A stretch of 64,000 bases of DNA from Lingula anatina. Lineage: Eukaryota > Animalia > Brachiopoda. Location of the stretch: NCBI GenBank assembly GCA_051362555.1, contig CM120647.1:3906001-3970000 (forward strand), written 5' to 3'. The notes below the pieces were generated by a model. The model worked only from the letters and a program-made list of their open reading frames with translations. It had not been told where the DNA came from and did no database searches. Positions 1 to 13,819 of this stretch are shown piece by piece (the first letter of the stretch is position 1; the number at the start of each line of letters is the position of its first letter). The position numbers and the translations under genes were made by a program.

Positions 1-70
1 GGGGGGGGGGGACAGGACCAGGTTTCTCATGTTTAAAAATAAATTTCATTAAAAAATTAAAAAAATGAAG

Positions 71-422
<352 letters not shown>

Positions 423-779
423 TAATGCCCATAAGTTAAGCAACACCCCGATTTTTTCAAAAGTTTCTTCTTTCATGATCATTATTTCATTTGTTGGTGG
501 GATTATGCATATTTCTTTCATATTTTATAAATAACTTATTTAAGTTGAATATTTCGGTTAAAGAAATACACCACACAGCTTATTGTAATAATCAGAATGA
601 CTTTATTAACCAAACAGTACTAAAATATGCCAAACCATGTGTCAAAAAAGTATGCTCACACAGCAAAAAGTACGTGCTGATTAAAACAGCTTATTATGAA
701 AAAATAAAGTTCGATCATCTAAGAATAAGTTTTAATAAGAGAAGACTGTAGATAATTAATGATTAATCGTCTATTATGC

Positions 780-1560
780 AATAAATGTCGGGTGTGCTTT
801 ACCTGGTTTTGAACAACAGCTTCACATTGTCTCCTGCAACTTGCCACCAAATTCTACCAATCTTGCTTTGAGAGCCGGTTCCATTCTGTATTTACTGCCT
901 GTTGGACCTCTTTAATGTTTCTAACTGGAGGTTGTCTCACATTTATTGCCCTGTCAATCATATCCTTAGCATCCTCGATTACATTGAGAATTGGTAAATA
1001 TGCAGGCCAATCCAAATGTGGGATACCGCGATGTTGCAGCGCGTCTTGCACGGACCATGTTTTCTGGATGGGCGCATTGTCCTGTGATTTTTCTCTCTGG
1101 ATTTGCTTGAATGTATGATTGTATGCAACCCAATGGTATTTCGTCTCTGTATTGTTGACCAGGGCGCCTCCCTTGAATGACGTACGATGGCAATTGTTCA
1201 TTGTTTGGCTGAAATGAACTGGTCCTGATGGCATAATCGAACCAGATATCTTCATCTCTTGCGTCGGTTAACCGGAAGCCATCGTGCTGGGGTGCCAAAG
1301 AGACAGATTGCAAGGCATCAAAAAAGCAGCACCAAGTCAAGTGTCCAAGCTGGTAGCAAAATGGCGCCAAACTCATCATGTATTGGACAAACCTCTTTCT
1401 GGTAGACCATTTTGCTACCAGCTTGGACACTTGACTTGGTGCTGCTTTTTTGATGCCTTGCAATCTGTCTCTTTGGCACCCCAGCACGATGGCTTCCCAT
1501 TATTTGCCATCTGATTACCTCGTTGAGTCCTCTTCTAACCAAAATAACAAATTGTGCCCA
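780..1560 (-). mobile_element. Degenerate Tc1/mariner transposase relic with an internal inverted duplication
   Basis: Minus-strand pieces RWQIMGSHRAGVPKRQIARH (HTH), QDNAP and LDWPAYLPILNVIEDAKDMIDRAI (WPxxSPDLNPIE-like), and EWNRLS; frameshifted. Confidence 0.85.
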
Positions 1561-2449
1561 TGAAACTAGCCAAACTGGAAGCTCCTCATGGCATGGCCAA
1601 ACTGTGTTTTTCGCAAGTGGTACCCCCATTGCATATTCTATCGTGCCCAACAGTAAATAGTACTCTAATATCACGGTCCAGTAAGTCAAAGTAAAAACAA
1701 GAGAAATATCTAGCTATTGTAAAGAGTTTGCCTCAGTAAAAATTTTGGTTGCTGAGAAATTCGATAAATAAGAAAATGTTGCTTAACTTGTGAGCATCAG
1801 TGTGTGTGTGTATATATATATATATTGGCATAAAAAACCCTTGGTCCTCTGTTGTGTGTTTTGTGGTTTGGTCCATTTGCACTTTAACAAAACCATTACA
1901 AGAATGACATCGCAACACGTACGCCAAATGAGTGCACACCTATTCATCTTTCCCGGAGGGCTGAAAATCGCACTGTTTACAGGTCATATTGTTCAATAAC
2001 ATACTTATATCTACAACAAAACACCATGAGTCTGATTATTATTGCTAATTGTGAAAGAAAGGATAATTGTTTTCAGCATACAAATCACGGTAACTTGGGT
2101 GATCGGAAACCAATGCTGAAGCAGAAGACTGTCTTGCTGCACACATCGTAACCATGTGACAAATCACCAGAATACACTTTGTTGTCTAAATGCAAGCCCT
2201 TGTGCATAATTTCCGTGAGATTGGATCAATCCTTATACTTAATAAAACGCTCTTTTCCATCCCTTCTTCGTGTAATTTCTTACATTGCGGCATTTGTAAA
2301 CAAAGTCGCAAGTGGGCACTTTACGTCGTAAAAGCCCAAGCGTTCACTGATACGCAACGCATTGTTGACACTTTCTTAGCGCTTCGACCAAAATGACATC
2401 AAAGATTTCATACAAATTTCTTAAACGGATAAATTACGTATTTTATTGC

Positions 2450-3425
2450 CATCATCATCATCATTTAGAGCCTATAGTGTTCCACTGTTGGACAAATGCC
2501 TCAGCATGCTTTTTCCATTGTTTCCCCTCTGAGCCTCAGATTTCCAATTTGGCCAAGGTTTTGTCTTCGAAGACTTTCAGTAGTCATCAAATTCATCCCT
2601 CCATCGTTTGAACGGCCTTCCTCTTTTTCTTTGTCCATACCTTGGGGTCCATTCTGTAAGCCTGATTGTCCACCTATTGTCCTTCATTCTTTTGACATGT
2701 CCTGCCCACCCCTATTTCATTTCTTTAACTGTGAGCAGTACGTCCTTAACTTTGGTCTGTTCACATAACCATGCATTCGTTTTCCGCTCTCTTAGACTGA
2801 TATTCAACATAATTCTTTCCATCTTTCTCTGAGCTACTTGAAGCTTGTGTTCCATGGAGGCATTCAGTGCCCACGTCTCTGAACTATAGGTGATTGCCGG
2901 CAGCATTGAACACTTTCTTTTTCAGGCAGGTAGGAAGGTTGCTCTTAAAGATGTCATTGTGCTTCCCATATGCTGCTCATCCTGCTTTTATCCTTCGTTT
3001 GATTTCTTTCTCCAGTGTTCGATCACTTAGGTTGAACCGTTGCCCAAGGTATATATACTCTTCTACTGCTTCTGTTTCTTTGGTGTTGACCTTCACTGTG
3101 CAAGGGGTGGTTAGTGGTCCAAACATCACCTTTGCCTTGCTGGTGTTCATCTTTAGCCCACTTTTTGCGCTTTCATCTGCTTACGCCTGTAGCATTTCTT
3201 CGAGATCAGTTGCATCATCTGCTCCTACTATGATGTCGTCTGCAAACCTTAGGTGATTGAGCCTGGTACTGTCTATGTTTATGCCCTTTTCCTGCCAGTC
3301 TAGATCCCAAAATATACGTTACAATGCTGCTGTGAACAGTTTAGGAGAGATTGTATCTCCTTGGCGTACACCTTTCTTGATCCTGATCTTATTGGTGGTC
3401 TTGAGTAGTTTGACTGTTACAGAGC
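2450..3425 (-). mobile_element. 5'-truncated RTE-clade LINE (RT C-terminal half and 3' end)
   Basis: Minus strand reads KGVRQGDTISPKLF, HLRFADDI, EEYIYLGQ, LPAITYSSETW, QRKMERIML, WAGHVKR and RGRP; (TGA)n tail at about 2450-2463. Confidence 0.9.
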
Positions 3426-3460
3426 TATCGTTGTAATTGTCTCTGAGGACGTCTACGTAT

Positions 3461-3556
3461 CCATCTTCGATCCCTAGATCTTGCAGGGATGCCAGTATAT
3501 ATTAGGTTCCATCTTCGATCCCTAGATCTTGCAGGGATGCCAGTATATATTAGGTT
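3461..3556. repeat. 48-bp direct tandem duplication
   Basis: ccatcttcgatccctagatcttgcagggatgccagtatatattaggtt occurs at 3461 and again at 3509. Confidence 0.9.
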
Positions 3557-3599
3557 TCTACTTTTATTGCATGTTATGTTTTTATCACTAGCCGCTATC

Positions 3600-3632
<33 letters not shown>

Positions 3633-4004
3633 AACTCATCCGCGAAATCTGCGCAGATCGCAAAAAAGCTTATATGAGAGAACGTCCGTATCAAAATGTT
3701 AAGTCGAGACTGATGCAACGTGAGTAATATCAGGCTGTATTCAGGTTCCCAAACGTACTGGCTAAGCCAGTGCAGCTCCACGGTGGATTCCCGCTATATT
3801 GCAACCAACTTAATTGACTAACACAACTCCTTGAGCAGCAAAGGGTAATTAACTCTCGTGTACTGATTAAGCTGCGAGAATCCCATCATACATGTAGTTG
3901 GACCGACCCAAGTACATGAAGTATGATGTGTCTATCTGAATGGGGTCTTACATGTTTATAACAGCAGACGGATGTCGAACTGGGACAATAAATGCATGGT
4001 TTTT

Positions 4005-4010
<6 letters not shown>

Positions 4011-4049
<39 letters not shown>

Positions 4050-4800
4050 TATTATTATTATTATTATTTATAGTCTAAAATCCAACATTTGTTCAGTAGA
4101 CTTTACAAAAATTATAAAATTCAAATTAAAAGAAAAATATTGCTAATGGTTATAAGATGAAAAAAAAAGGAAAATGATTATAGAAGAATATTAAAGATTA
4201 AAAAAAGAAGAAATTTAAAACTATGACTAAGAACAGTTTTTCTTTAGAAGTGTTTTTTTTAAGAATTTAAAAATAATATTGTTTAAAAAGGTTGGTTTTT
4301 AGTTCCTTTTTAAAATGTCCAGGGTCCACAATTTGTCTTAGACTGATGGGTAAAATATTCCATTCTTTTGGTGCTGCAAATTTAAAAGCTTTATCACCGT
4401 ATGATACTAATCTTGCCTTATAAGAAGAAGGTGATCACCTGATCTGAGATTTCTTGATGGCACGTAGTGTAAAACAAGCTCATTTAAAGAAGGTGCAGGT
4501 TTATAAAATGCTGCATGTGCAAATGTTAAAAGTTTGAATAAAATGCGTGCTCGGACAGGGAGCCAGTGCAACATTATTAAAACAGGAGTCAGTAGGCGAG
4601 CAGATATATTCGGTATACGCTGTAGCTGTTTGATTTGTTCCTCTGAAGATCCATAAAGAAGGGAGTTGCAGAAATCAAGTCTTGATGTAACCAGGGCATG
4701 TATAACTGTACTGTAATTACGCCAGGAAATGTGTTATTTAGGGTAAGATAAGTGGATAAGTGGTTGTGCATTTCTAATAATCCTTGCAAAATTTTTCAGT
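4011..4800 (-). mobile_element. L2/CR1-group LINE 3' fragment with (AAT/ATT)n tail
   Basis: Minus strand reads SRLDFCNSLLYG, LQRIPNISARLL, LHWLPVRARILFK and RNLRSGD; trinucleotide tail at 4011-4071. Confidence 0.85.
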
Positions 4801-6063
4801 TGTATTATCTGTCAATCGAGAGTACTGCCATAAATCTTATTTCTAAACGAGCCACATGACCACCAGCTCGGCTAAATAGAGTCGTTTTCATTTGTGAAGC
4901 AGGAAGGTTAAGCCAATTGCCCTTAATATTACCGAGGACATTATTGTGCGTATACTTATTTAGCCTCCTAAACGTCTGAATAAAGCTTTATCATTCGGAG
5001 GCAAATTATTAAAAAGACATGTCCTGCATATGACATATAAAAGCTCCAACTTGACCTACATGTACCGTCAGTGTAAATACAAACAAAGCTTGTAAAAACG
5101 TACAACAGCAGAAAGGTAAAGGTACTGCTGACATGGTTTAATTACCCCTGAGCTTTTGTATAGTCTTATATAGTCACATTGAAAACTAATACACTATATA
5201 CAGACTTGCCATTTAATATGAAATAATTTTTCCAAATCATTTTTCCCTTTCACCCTTTTTTTCTGACTGAAAATTGAAAATAAGGATTGAAATTATGTTT
5301 TAATGATATGTTTGATGCCATTGTGAAATCAGTTTTATGTTAATGGATTCGCCAATGAATCAAACAAAAATAAATGGCTGATTCTAAGTCTTACGACAAC
5401 CATTTAAAAAAAAATTGACCTTCTTTCTCTGCCACAAGTGCAGAGTAACAATGTTGTGAAACACTGCTTGACTCCGTTAACGCACAGCAAAACTGGATAA
5501 TTTACAATTCTTCTATACCCCCTATGCCAAAATATGGAGTTTTTGAAAAGAACCATGCTTCGTTAAAGGTCGTCAAAAACATGACCATGCAACCCTATAT
5601 AAAGAGAACCACCAAATTAAATCACTGCTTATTACGAAAAGTAGCAATGTTTCAGACATGGTAGACAGGTGATTCAAAATGGGATGTGATTTTTTAAAAG
5701 AATGCATGTGTAGTCAGCTCAACAATCGAAATATCTTAAAATATAATATCAGAAGGTATTCATATCGTGCATTAGTAATGATGTTACCCTAAATATTTTA
5801 AAATGCTATGATGTACTACTATACCATGGTATGGATTCCAGGACAATTCCCCCGGACAGTTCTGATACCAACGGTATGCTACTTGTATCATATGAAAATA
5901 AAACATTGTCACTCTCTTAATTAATCAATTTAGGAGTATATATTAAAGCGCCGTGTGTGTGTGTGTGTGTGTGTGTGCGTGTGTGTGTGTGTGTGTGTAC
6001 ACCTCCCCCCGTTAATGCCCGATTAAGGGGTTCTCGTGCTCGAACAATACCATTTTGACTTAC

Positions 6064-6654
6064 TTTTGATTTTCTAGCAGATCTTGCAAAGTCTTGTGGT
6101 TCTATAATCTGCCAATAGGGAGTATTGCCATGTATGTCACATGTGCAACAAGAGGTCATACTCGGATGATCAGTATTGCTCTGATGCATTGCGTTAAGAA
6201 ACAAACATTGTGTGTTCATCACATCGATAGGCACGGGCGGGCCGAGCATTCTGGCCACTGCTTCAACGCTGTCAATGTACTCCTGCAGGGAACAGTTTTC
6301 TCCCGCCCGAGTGTTCTGTCCGTCTGGCCCCCAACGACCTACAAACACAATGACAATACGTCTCTTTTTCTGGTGTTTTTCAATGAATGTGGTGACTTGA
6401 TGAAGAAGCTCGTCTTTATAACACACCATTACTTCATCGCCTACGCTTCCGCCGCACTGGGAAGCCCCGGGGTATAACTCGCGAAAATTTCGGATTTCCC
6501 ACTCCGTGTTATATGCGTCGAGGGGCGATGTCAGGAAAAGGAATGCCAACTGTCTAGCTTCTTCAATATCTGCATAGTACTCCTGTCTGGCGTCTTCAAA
6601 GGGTGAATCTGCACATGGCTTTGTACCCGTTTTTTCGAAAGGCGTACTTTCCAT
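6064..6654 (-). pseudogene. Degenerate copy 1 of the caspase-like (clan CD) protease exon; lacks the N-terminal domain, catalytic GHG changed to GRW
   Basis: Homologous to 26697..27554 (ADIEEARQLAFLFL, EIRNFRELYPGASQCGG, RIVIVFVGRWGPDGQ); GTAAGT donor at 6063-6058; the ORF runs on into a (CA)n microsatellite. Confidence 0.8.
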
Positions 6655-8558
6655 TGCGCTTAGTAGTACCGTTTATTGGGATATCAATGGCGTCAGGATG
6701 TAGAGTCTTTCAAAAATACCTCATCACGCTTAGTAACATTGTATAACACGACTATATGGATTTTCTGACTTTGAGGGAGGTCAATTCGATAAATTATTGA
6801 TTCGAAGCGAGGTTTAATAAATTATCGAGTTGGCCAAAAAGCAAAGCATATAACTGTTTTGTTACATGGTCGTAAATATTGAATGCAAAATAAATAGAAA
6901 ACACAGCCCCAAGTTGAAAGAAACACAAAGCCTGTGACTATTTTGTTACATGATGTCGAATTTTGAAAAAGAAGCTGACAGATTTCCTGAGTTTAAAAGA
7001 GTTTACATATTAATATTTATTGATCTGAAATATATAGTTATATCATTTTCCCATAAATATATTCGTTGTGGGTACGCAGACACGTGGTATGTTTCTGCGT
7101 GAACTGTCCAGTACGGTCTGAGTAGTGTTAATATCATGTGACTGGTCACTCGAGTAGTGTTATCAAATAAAAGGTGATGAGGAAAAGCAGATTTTAGAGT
7201 CGGGTCATTCCAAAGCTCTTTCGCTTTCCGTGATGCAAGCAGAGAATTTTGGAGCCAGACGCGAATATCAGCCACAAGGTTGGTAAAGGAAAAGGAATGC
7301 CAACTGTCTAGCTTCTTCAATATCTGCATTGTACTTCTTTATGGCGTCTTCAAAATCTATAAATGATGTTGTACCCGCTTTTTCGAAAGGCGTACTTTCC
7401 ATTGAGCTTAGTAGTGTCGTTTATTGGGATATCAATGGCGTCAGGATGTAGAGTCTTTCAAAAATACCTCATCACGCTCAGTAACATTGTATAACACGAC
7501 TATATGGATTTTCTGACTTTGAGTGAGGTCAATTCGATAAATTATTGATTCGAAGCGAGGTTTAATAAATTATCGAGTTGGCCAAAAAGCAAAGCATATA
7601 ACTGTTTTGTTACATGGTCGTAAATATTGAATGCAAAATAAATAGAAAACACAGCCCCAAGTTGAAAGAAACACAAAGCCTGTGACTATTTTGTTACATG
7701 ATGTCGAATTTTGAAAAAGAAGCTGACAGATTTCCTGAGTTTAAAAGAGTTTACATATTAATATTTATTGATCTGAAATATATAGTTATATCATTTTCCC
7801 ATAAATATATTCGTTGTGGGTACGCAGACACGTGGTATGTTTCTGCGTGAACTGTCCAGTACGGTCTGAGTAGTGTTAATATCATGTGACTGGTCACTCG
7901 AGTAGTGTTATCAAATAAAAGGTGATGAGGAAAAGCAGATTTTAGAGTCGGGTCATTCCAAAGCTCTTTCGCTTTCCGTGATGCAAGCAGAGAATTTTGG
8001 AGCCAGACGCGAATATCAGCCACAAGGTTGGTAAAGGAAAAGGAATGCCAACTGTCTAGCTTCTTCAATATCTGCATTGTACTTCTTTATGGCGTCTTCA
8101 AAATCTATAAATGATGTTGTACCCGCTTTTTCGAAAGGCGTACTTTCCATTGAGCTTAGTAGTGTCGTTTATTGGGATATCAATGGCGTCAGGATGTAGA
8201 GTCTTTCAAAAATACCTCATCACGCTCAGTAACATTGTATAACACGACTATATGGATTTTCTGACTTTGAGGGAGGTCATTTCGATAAATTATTGATTCG
8301 AAGCGAGGTTTAATAAATTATCGAGTTGGCCAAAAAGCAAAGCATATAACTGTTTTGTTACATGGTCGTAAATATTGAATGCAAAATAAATAGAAAACAC
8401 AGCCCCAAGTTGAAAGAAACACAAAGCCTGTGACTGTTTTGTTACATGGTGTCAAATTTTGAAAAAGACGCTGACAACTTCCCTGAGTTTAAAAGAGTTT
8501 ACATGTTAATATTTATTGATCTGAAATACATACCAGTAGTGATATCATTTTCCCATAA
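6536..8558. repeat. Near-identical 748-bp tandem repeat (about 2.7 units), each unit carrying the start of protease copy 1
   Basis: Identical ORFs at 7003..7329 and 7751..8077 (offset 748); tttcgaaaggcgtactttccattg recurs at about 6633, 7381 and 8129. Confidence 0.92.
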
Positions 8559-8667
8559 TAACATTTAAGAAAACAATATAATCCCACTTTTGTAATGTAA
8601 TTTATGCTCTGGAATATTTAGTTATATTTATTTCGAATTATAACATTAAATAATATATTAACCTCTC

Positions 8668-8668
<1 letters not shown>

Positions 8669-8729
<61 letters not shown>

Positions 8730-8731
8730 TA

Positions 8732-8780
<49 letters not shown>
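8669..8780. repeat. (AAT)n/(ATT)n head-to-head microsatellite
   Basis: Direct trinucleotide runs. Confidence 0.95.
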
Positions 8781-8783
<3 letters not shown>

Positions 8784-8855
8784 TAGTCTAAACATGATTG
8801 AGTGATAATTGATATTGGTGTTTTCATGGAGAGGTTTTTCACGAGTGGTAACGAA

Positions 8856-9749
8856 GGCCACACTTTTTTATTTTTATGGATGACATCCTCTGAGTACCCC
8901 AAAATCGGTGCGAGAGGGAGAAAAAAAAAAAAAACAGTCCAAAAAAAAAAAAAAAAAAAAACTGCTTAAGTAAAGGAATGCTGTCAGTACACAGCTGGAA
9001 ACACAAATTTAACCACAGAAACACGTATCAAACTAACAACATGTCTTTATCCATGCTCTCAAAATATTAAAGCATTGTGAATACTTCGTAGAAATGTAAA
9101 AAAAGTCATGAATTGATATACTTCATATTACCAAATCTATTTAAGGTTATTTCATGCATTCATTTGATATAGCAATCAATAAAACAAATATCAATCAAAC
9201 AGTGTGTCTTTATTTGTATTCTCAGAATATTAAAACATTTTGAACACTTCACAGAAATGTTTAAAAAATGATGCAAAGATATGCTTAATACTACCAAATC
9301 TATTAAAGGTCATTTCAGACGATGCCATTTTGTCAACTTCAACTCACACGAAGCAGCTAAACTGTCAGGTGGCCTGTCCGACCTTCAGCCCACCAAATAC
9401 CTCGACGCCCTTGTCGACCCTTTTTTCGCTACAGAAAACCTGGTATTAATGTGCTGCTTTATACAGAATGTCACAGAAATGTTTCGGCCGCCGCCAGCCT
9501 TTCGCACAATTGTAAAAAGGTGATATCTCCATGCCCAATATCAATGGCATACCAATCCAAAACGATGGCGCCCGTTCTCTTTATGACTTTTATTGTTGTG
9601 TAATTTGAAAGTAATCCTAGAGATGAATTTGACAGCAAAGTGGCCGCATTTCCACGTGGCAAAAATACGCATGCCCAGAAAGCTCATTTCCTTGCAAATT
9701 CAATAACAACGTTTGCGACAACCGACTTCGTTGGGGGCTGGGGGGGGGG

Positions 9750-9784
<35 letters not shown>

Positions 9785-9846
9785 GAGAACGGGTGAAAAT
9801 CCGTGCGCGCGCAGGATGTCATCCATAAAATTAAAAAAGTGTGGCC
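8856..9846. mobile_element. Non-autonomous DNA transposon (GGCC termini, Zator-like)
   Basis: About 34-bp TIR ggccacacttttttatttttatggatgacatcct ... aggatgtcatccataaaattaaaaaagtgtggcc, followed by TAA; the superfamily assignment is tentative. Confidence 0.75.
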
Positions 9847-9849
9847 TAA

Positions 9850-10120
9850 TGGGTTCACAATTAACACTGGTGCCTACTGGTAATTCAAGTTGTAGATTCT
9901 GTGCAAATTGCTTGTTATGTGGTTGCGTAATTAATAAAAACTCTTCTCGACAATTATTTTCAGTTTGTTACTGATGAGCCAGACCCGAATATCAGCCACA
10001 CGGTTGGTAATTTTATCCATAGACGGTTAAGAATTTTATACGTCACAACAAGTATAGATCTGAGAATCATCGGCGTACATGTGGTATACAAATTTGTGAT
10101 GACATACACGATAAGAAGAC
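9850..10120 (-). mobile_element. L2-like LINE RT fragment
   Basis: Minus strand reads HMYADDSQIY ... SMDKITNRVADIRVWLISNKL, matching the L2 copy at 13.9 kb. Confidence 0.75.
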
Positions 10121-10282
10121 ACCAGGAGGCAGGGTATAAATGCAAAACAAAATAAGTCCTGTTAATGTGTATTGATCCTTCATAGAGAAATTACAGAGCG
10201 ATTTTGTTTACATATGTCAGGATTTTACTGTGTATCAAAAGGCTCAGTCAACCTCAGAATTATGCTATAGGTTCTAGAGTAT

Positions 10283-10313
<31 letters not shown>

Positions 10314-12121
10314 TGTTTTGTTTTTAAATAAATATATTGTATTTCTATAATTCTCGTTTCTACTTTTTCTAAATAAAAAATCGAAAACACAATACTAGCT
10401 TTGCTTCCCCTGGTTCTGAATCTGCTGCCCTCTATCGGGGCCACAGATTGACTTTTCACAGATATGTCTGTAGATAAATACACGGCCATTTTAATTTTTC
10501 TGACTTATTCTAACCCTGCGTAACTGCTCCGGCACTGCTATTAAACAGACCCAGGCTTCGTCCTTTTGACAGCAATCATGGCAGTCAATTGCTCTGTTTT
10601 AAATCACTTGCTTCTCTGTGACAAATAAAAATAGCCACTTCTGAATAGCTTATTAGTCCATATTGAAGTTAACTGAGGAATCTCCTTAGTAGCTTCCTGC
10701 AGAGGGGGTAACTGCCATCTGTGCGCGGGCAGATTTAATTGCTTCCATCTTGCCAAAAGTCACAGGGTGTTTTTTCACGTTTTTTTAATCTGCCGCCGAT
10801 AGCGGTGGAAATTTATTCAGACTCTCCGTGGAATTAGATCAATCCAAAAATTTGTGGGAATGGTCCCTTAAAATTGAGTTGCAGTCTCCACCAAGTCCCC
10901 CCTTCATCGGAATTATCAAGTCTTGATATGAAAAAAAAGGATATTTTTCAATTTAAAAGGATTGATGACTAAATATAATCTATTCTAGGCAATATCAATG
11001 TCATTACCATTTAAAAGAAAAACTGAAATATTTAGATACACATATTGTTAGCACTGCAAAAGAAATAATAATAGTAAATAATAAATAAAAAAATAAAAAC
11101 AAATAGAGGAATATGGGCCTAGAAGAATGTTGGCTGGCCTTCGCAAATTTAAATAAGAAATATAAAAGTTGTCTCTTCAAGACTTTGTTAAACTATCATT
11201 ATCTGAAATAAAATACATTTATCATAGTAATGAAGTAAATTTAAAATGACAATTTCGCCATGACCAAACAAGAAAATGCATGGATTCCCCGCCTTAAACT
11301 GGACAGCTTACTCTCTTTTATATACCTTTGAAAGTATTGGTCTACGTACATGCATGCTGAATGCAATCAATATCATAAGAAAACACTCCAGTACAAAGCA
11401 ACGAAACCGATAATTATTAACCTTTGTATTAAATGAAGTTTATACAAATGGTATAATCTCATTTGAATTAGGCTTATAGAGTTCGCAAAAATCGTATTTT
11501 TCTAAATCGGCATACAAACCGAGAGAGGGTACTATCATGGTTATTGAGCTGACATTGGTGTCTTAATTGTTTAACTTAAATAATGAGCACCATTATATGC
11601 GTGTATTATTCCTCATAACGCGATTTCAACTTTCACTGCGTGCGCACCTTTCACTACAAATACTATCAGGGCTTCCTTTAACCAGTGTGGCCATTGCATC
11701 ATTTGAAGATTCTTTCGACGTTGTCTCAGTGGAAGGTTTTCGAACGTTAAAGCGTCTTATTCCCTGCAAAGAATTTTGCAGGGTAATTGCTCGTTTGCTG
11801 AAATTCAGACAAGGAAGGCAGTATATGGTTGTGCGGGTAGGCTGCCCCGTTATATGGCTTGTGTGCCCGTAACATGCATGGTTAAAACGGAGGAGGCCGT
11901 TGAACGACAGCCATTACCTGGCCGATGAAACACGCAAATTCAACGTTTTGGTCGTGAAAATATTTTTTTTGAGACGCGGTAGGTGTTATAAGGGGGTAAA
12001 TGTATGCATCATATGTCATCCTGTTGCTTTGTTTTTCTTGAGGATAGTGTTGGTGTCAGAGATGAAGCCATTGCGTTTCTTCGATCAAACCTAAGTGGAA
12101 GGTCACAGCAAATTTCAGTAA

Positions 12122-13750
12122 GGGCCCCTTTCCACTGGGCGGCGTACTTTCTGCGTCCCTTCTGCGTTCAAAAATGTGGCCAGGACGCTAAACGGTCGCC
12201 AAAGCAATTAAATCGTGTCTCAGTGTAAAGTCGTCTGCGTCCCTTGTGCGTCCTTTGAACGACCGAATCTTGATTTCACCTGTAAAACTGCGAGCGACCT
12301 GCCTGCCTCCTCTATGCGTCCACTGTGTGACCTACGGCGTCCAGTGCGATGTTTTAGCGACCATTGAGCATCCTCACTGCGTTCTCTGTACCTTCATCGT
12401 CATTCCGTGGCGACCATTCTACGATCTTTCTGCCTCCTGCTAGACCGTTTGTTTGGGAGTCCTTCGATATTTTCTGACTCTTTTATAAATTTTTTCATCA
12501 GTTCTAACCCGGTCACCAAATTAAAAACATCTCCACGAAACGAAAAATAATTTCAATTTCTTAAAAGAAATAATTGCTTTCAAACTTTAATAATGCAAGT
12601 TGTGTATGGACTGATAATAAGCCAGATGATCCTTATAAGACGAATGAACAGGCGCTGCAGACGAGAGAGGCTGACTGACACCACAAAACTTTAAAATCCG
12701 TTTTCAAAATGTTCGTTCTATAATAACCTCCAAAAATGGATTGGTTCAAAAATGTTAGGAAAAAATACCAATTGGAGGCAGGTATGAGACCACTAGTAGC
12801 TGTTTTCGTTAGATTTTCTGTCTCTGATGAAATACCCTAGTGCGGGCCCGTTTGAGAGTAAAATAAAATATAAATATACGTCACGTGCCGACAACTGGCC
12901 AATCGTTGAGCATTCATTCTGCAACCAAAGCGATGCTTGTGCCTCCTTTCTGCGACCACGGCGATGCTTGTGCGTTCTCTCTGCGACCACGGCGATACTT
13001 ATGCGTCCTTTCTGCGTCCCTTGAACTGTAACGTTAGTAAAGCCCCCTTTACACTGGGCGGCGTCCTTTCTGCGTCCAGCAGTACGGCCCCATTTGAGAG
13101 TTAAAATTATAATACTTTACGACCGACAACTGGCCGATCATTGAGCATTCATTCTGATACAAAATCGATGCTTGTGTCTCCTTATTAAGACCACAGCGAT
13201 GCCAAATTTCATGGGCGCTGAAAGGACGCAGAAAGGACGCCGTCCAATGTAAAGGGGGTATAAGTGACAGCATGCAGCGAATAAAAGCGGGGAGTGTTTA
13301 GTAGAGTAACTTAAGTTGTTTGACATGCTCTTATGGTATTTATACAACTGCGCTTAATGTAAACGAAGAGGAGGCCGCTAGAGATTGCATGAGGTAGGAA
13401 TAGAAATGAAGGAAGCGGCGCTGGTAATAACTGGACAGTAGTTCAATAAATAATAATGAAGATAATAATATCTGAGTTGTATTTGCTACCTCGCGTAACA
13501 TGACGAAGACAAGCGAATAGCTTCGTCACAGAACGACCTTGCAGCGTCCCTCCCCAATGGCGTTCTCTCTGCGATTGTTTTGAACATGCTCAAAACTTTG
13601 CGGCGACCATGGCGTCCTCGGCGATGCTTGAACGTTCTTTGTGCGACCTTAGCGATCACTGTGCGTTCTTTGAGCGTCCATCGGCGTCTTGGCCAGTTTT
13701 ATGGTCGCACAAAGGACGCAGAAAGGACACCACCCAGTGTAAAGGGGGTT
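12122..13750. mobile_element. PIF/Harbinger-like non-autonomous element with TAA flanks
   Basis: TAA|gggcccctttccactgggcggcgtac ... ggacaccacccagtgtaaagggggtt|TAA; internal GC-rich ctgcgtcc/ctgcgacc subrepeats. Confidence 0.75.
13041..13260. mobile_element. Short MITE of the same family nested inside the 12122-13750 element
   Basis: TAA|agccccctttacactgggcggcgtcctttctgcgtcc ... ggacgcagaaaggacgccgtccaatgtaaagggggta|TAA. Confidence 0.75.
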
Positions 13751-13819
13751 TAAATGGCATTCTTTCCGATCTTTCACAACTTGTTTTTGGCATGGACATA
13801 ATAAATCTCCTATTTAGGT

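Noticed and set aside
7003-8077. Two identical 108-aa ORFs as genes
   Set aside because: They are by-products of the 748-bp repeat: an off-frame protease fragment joined to an L2-like piece.
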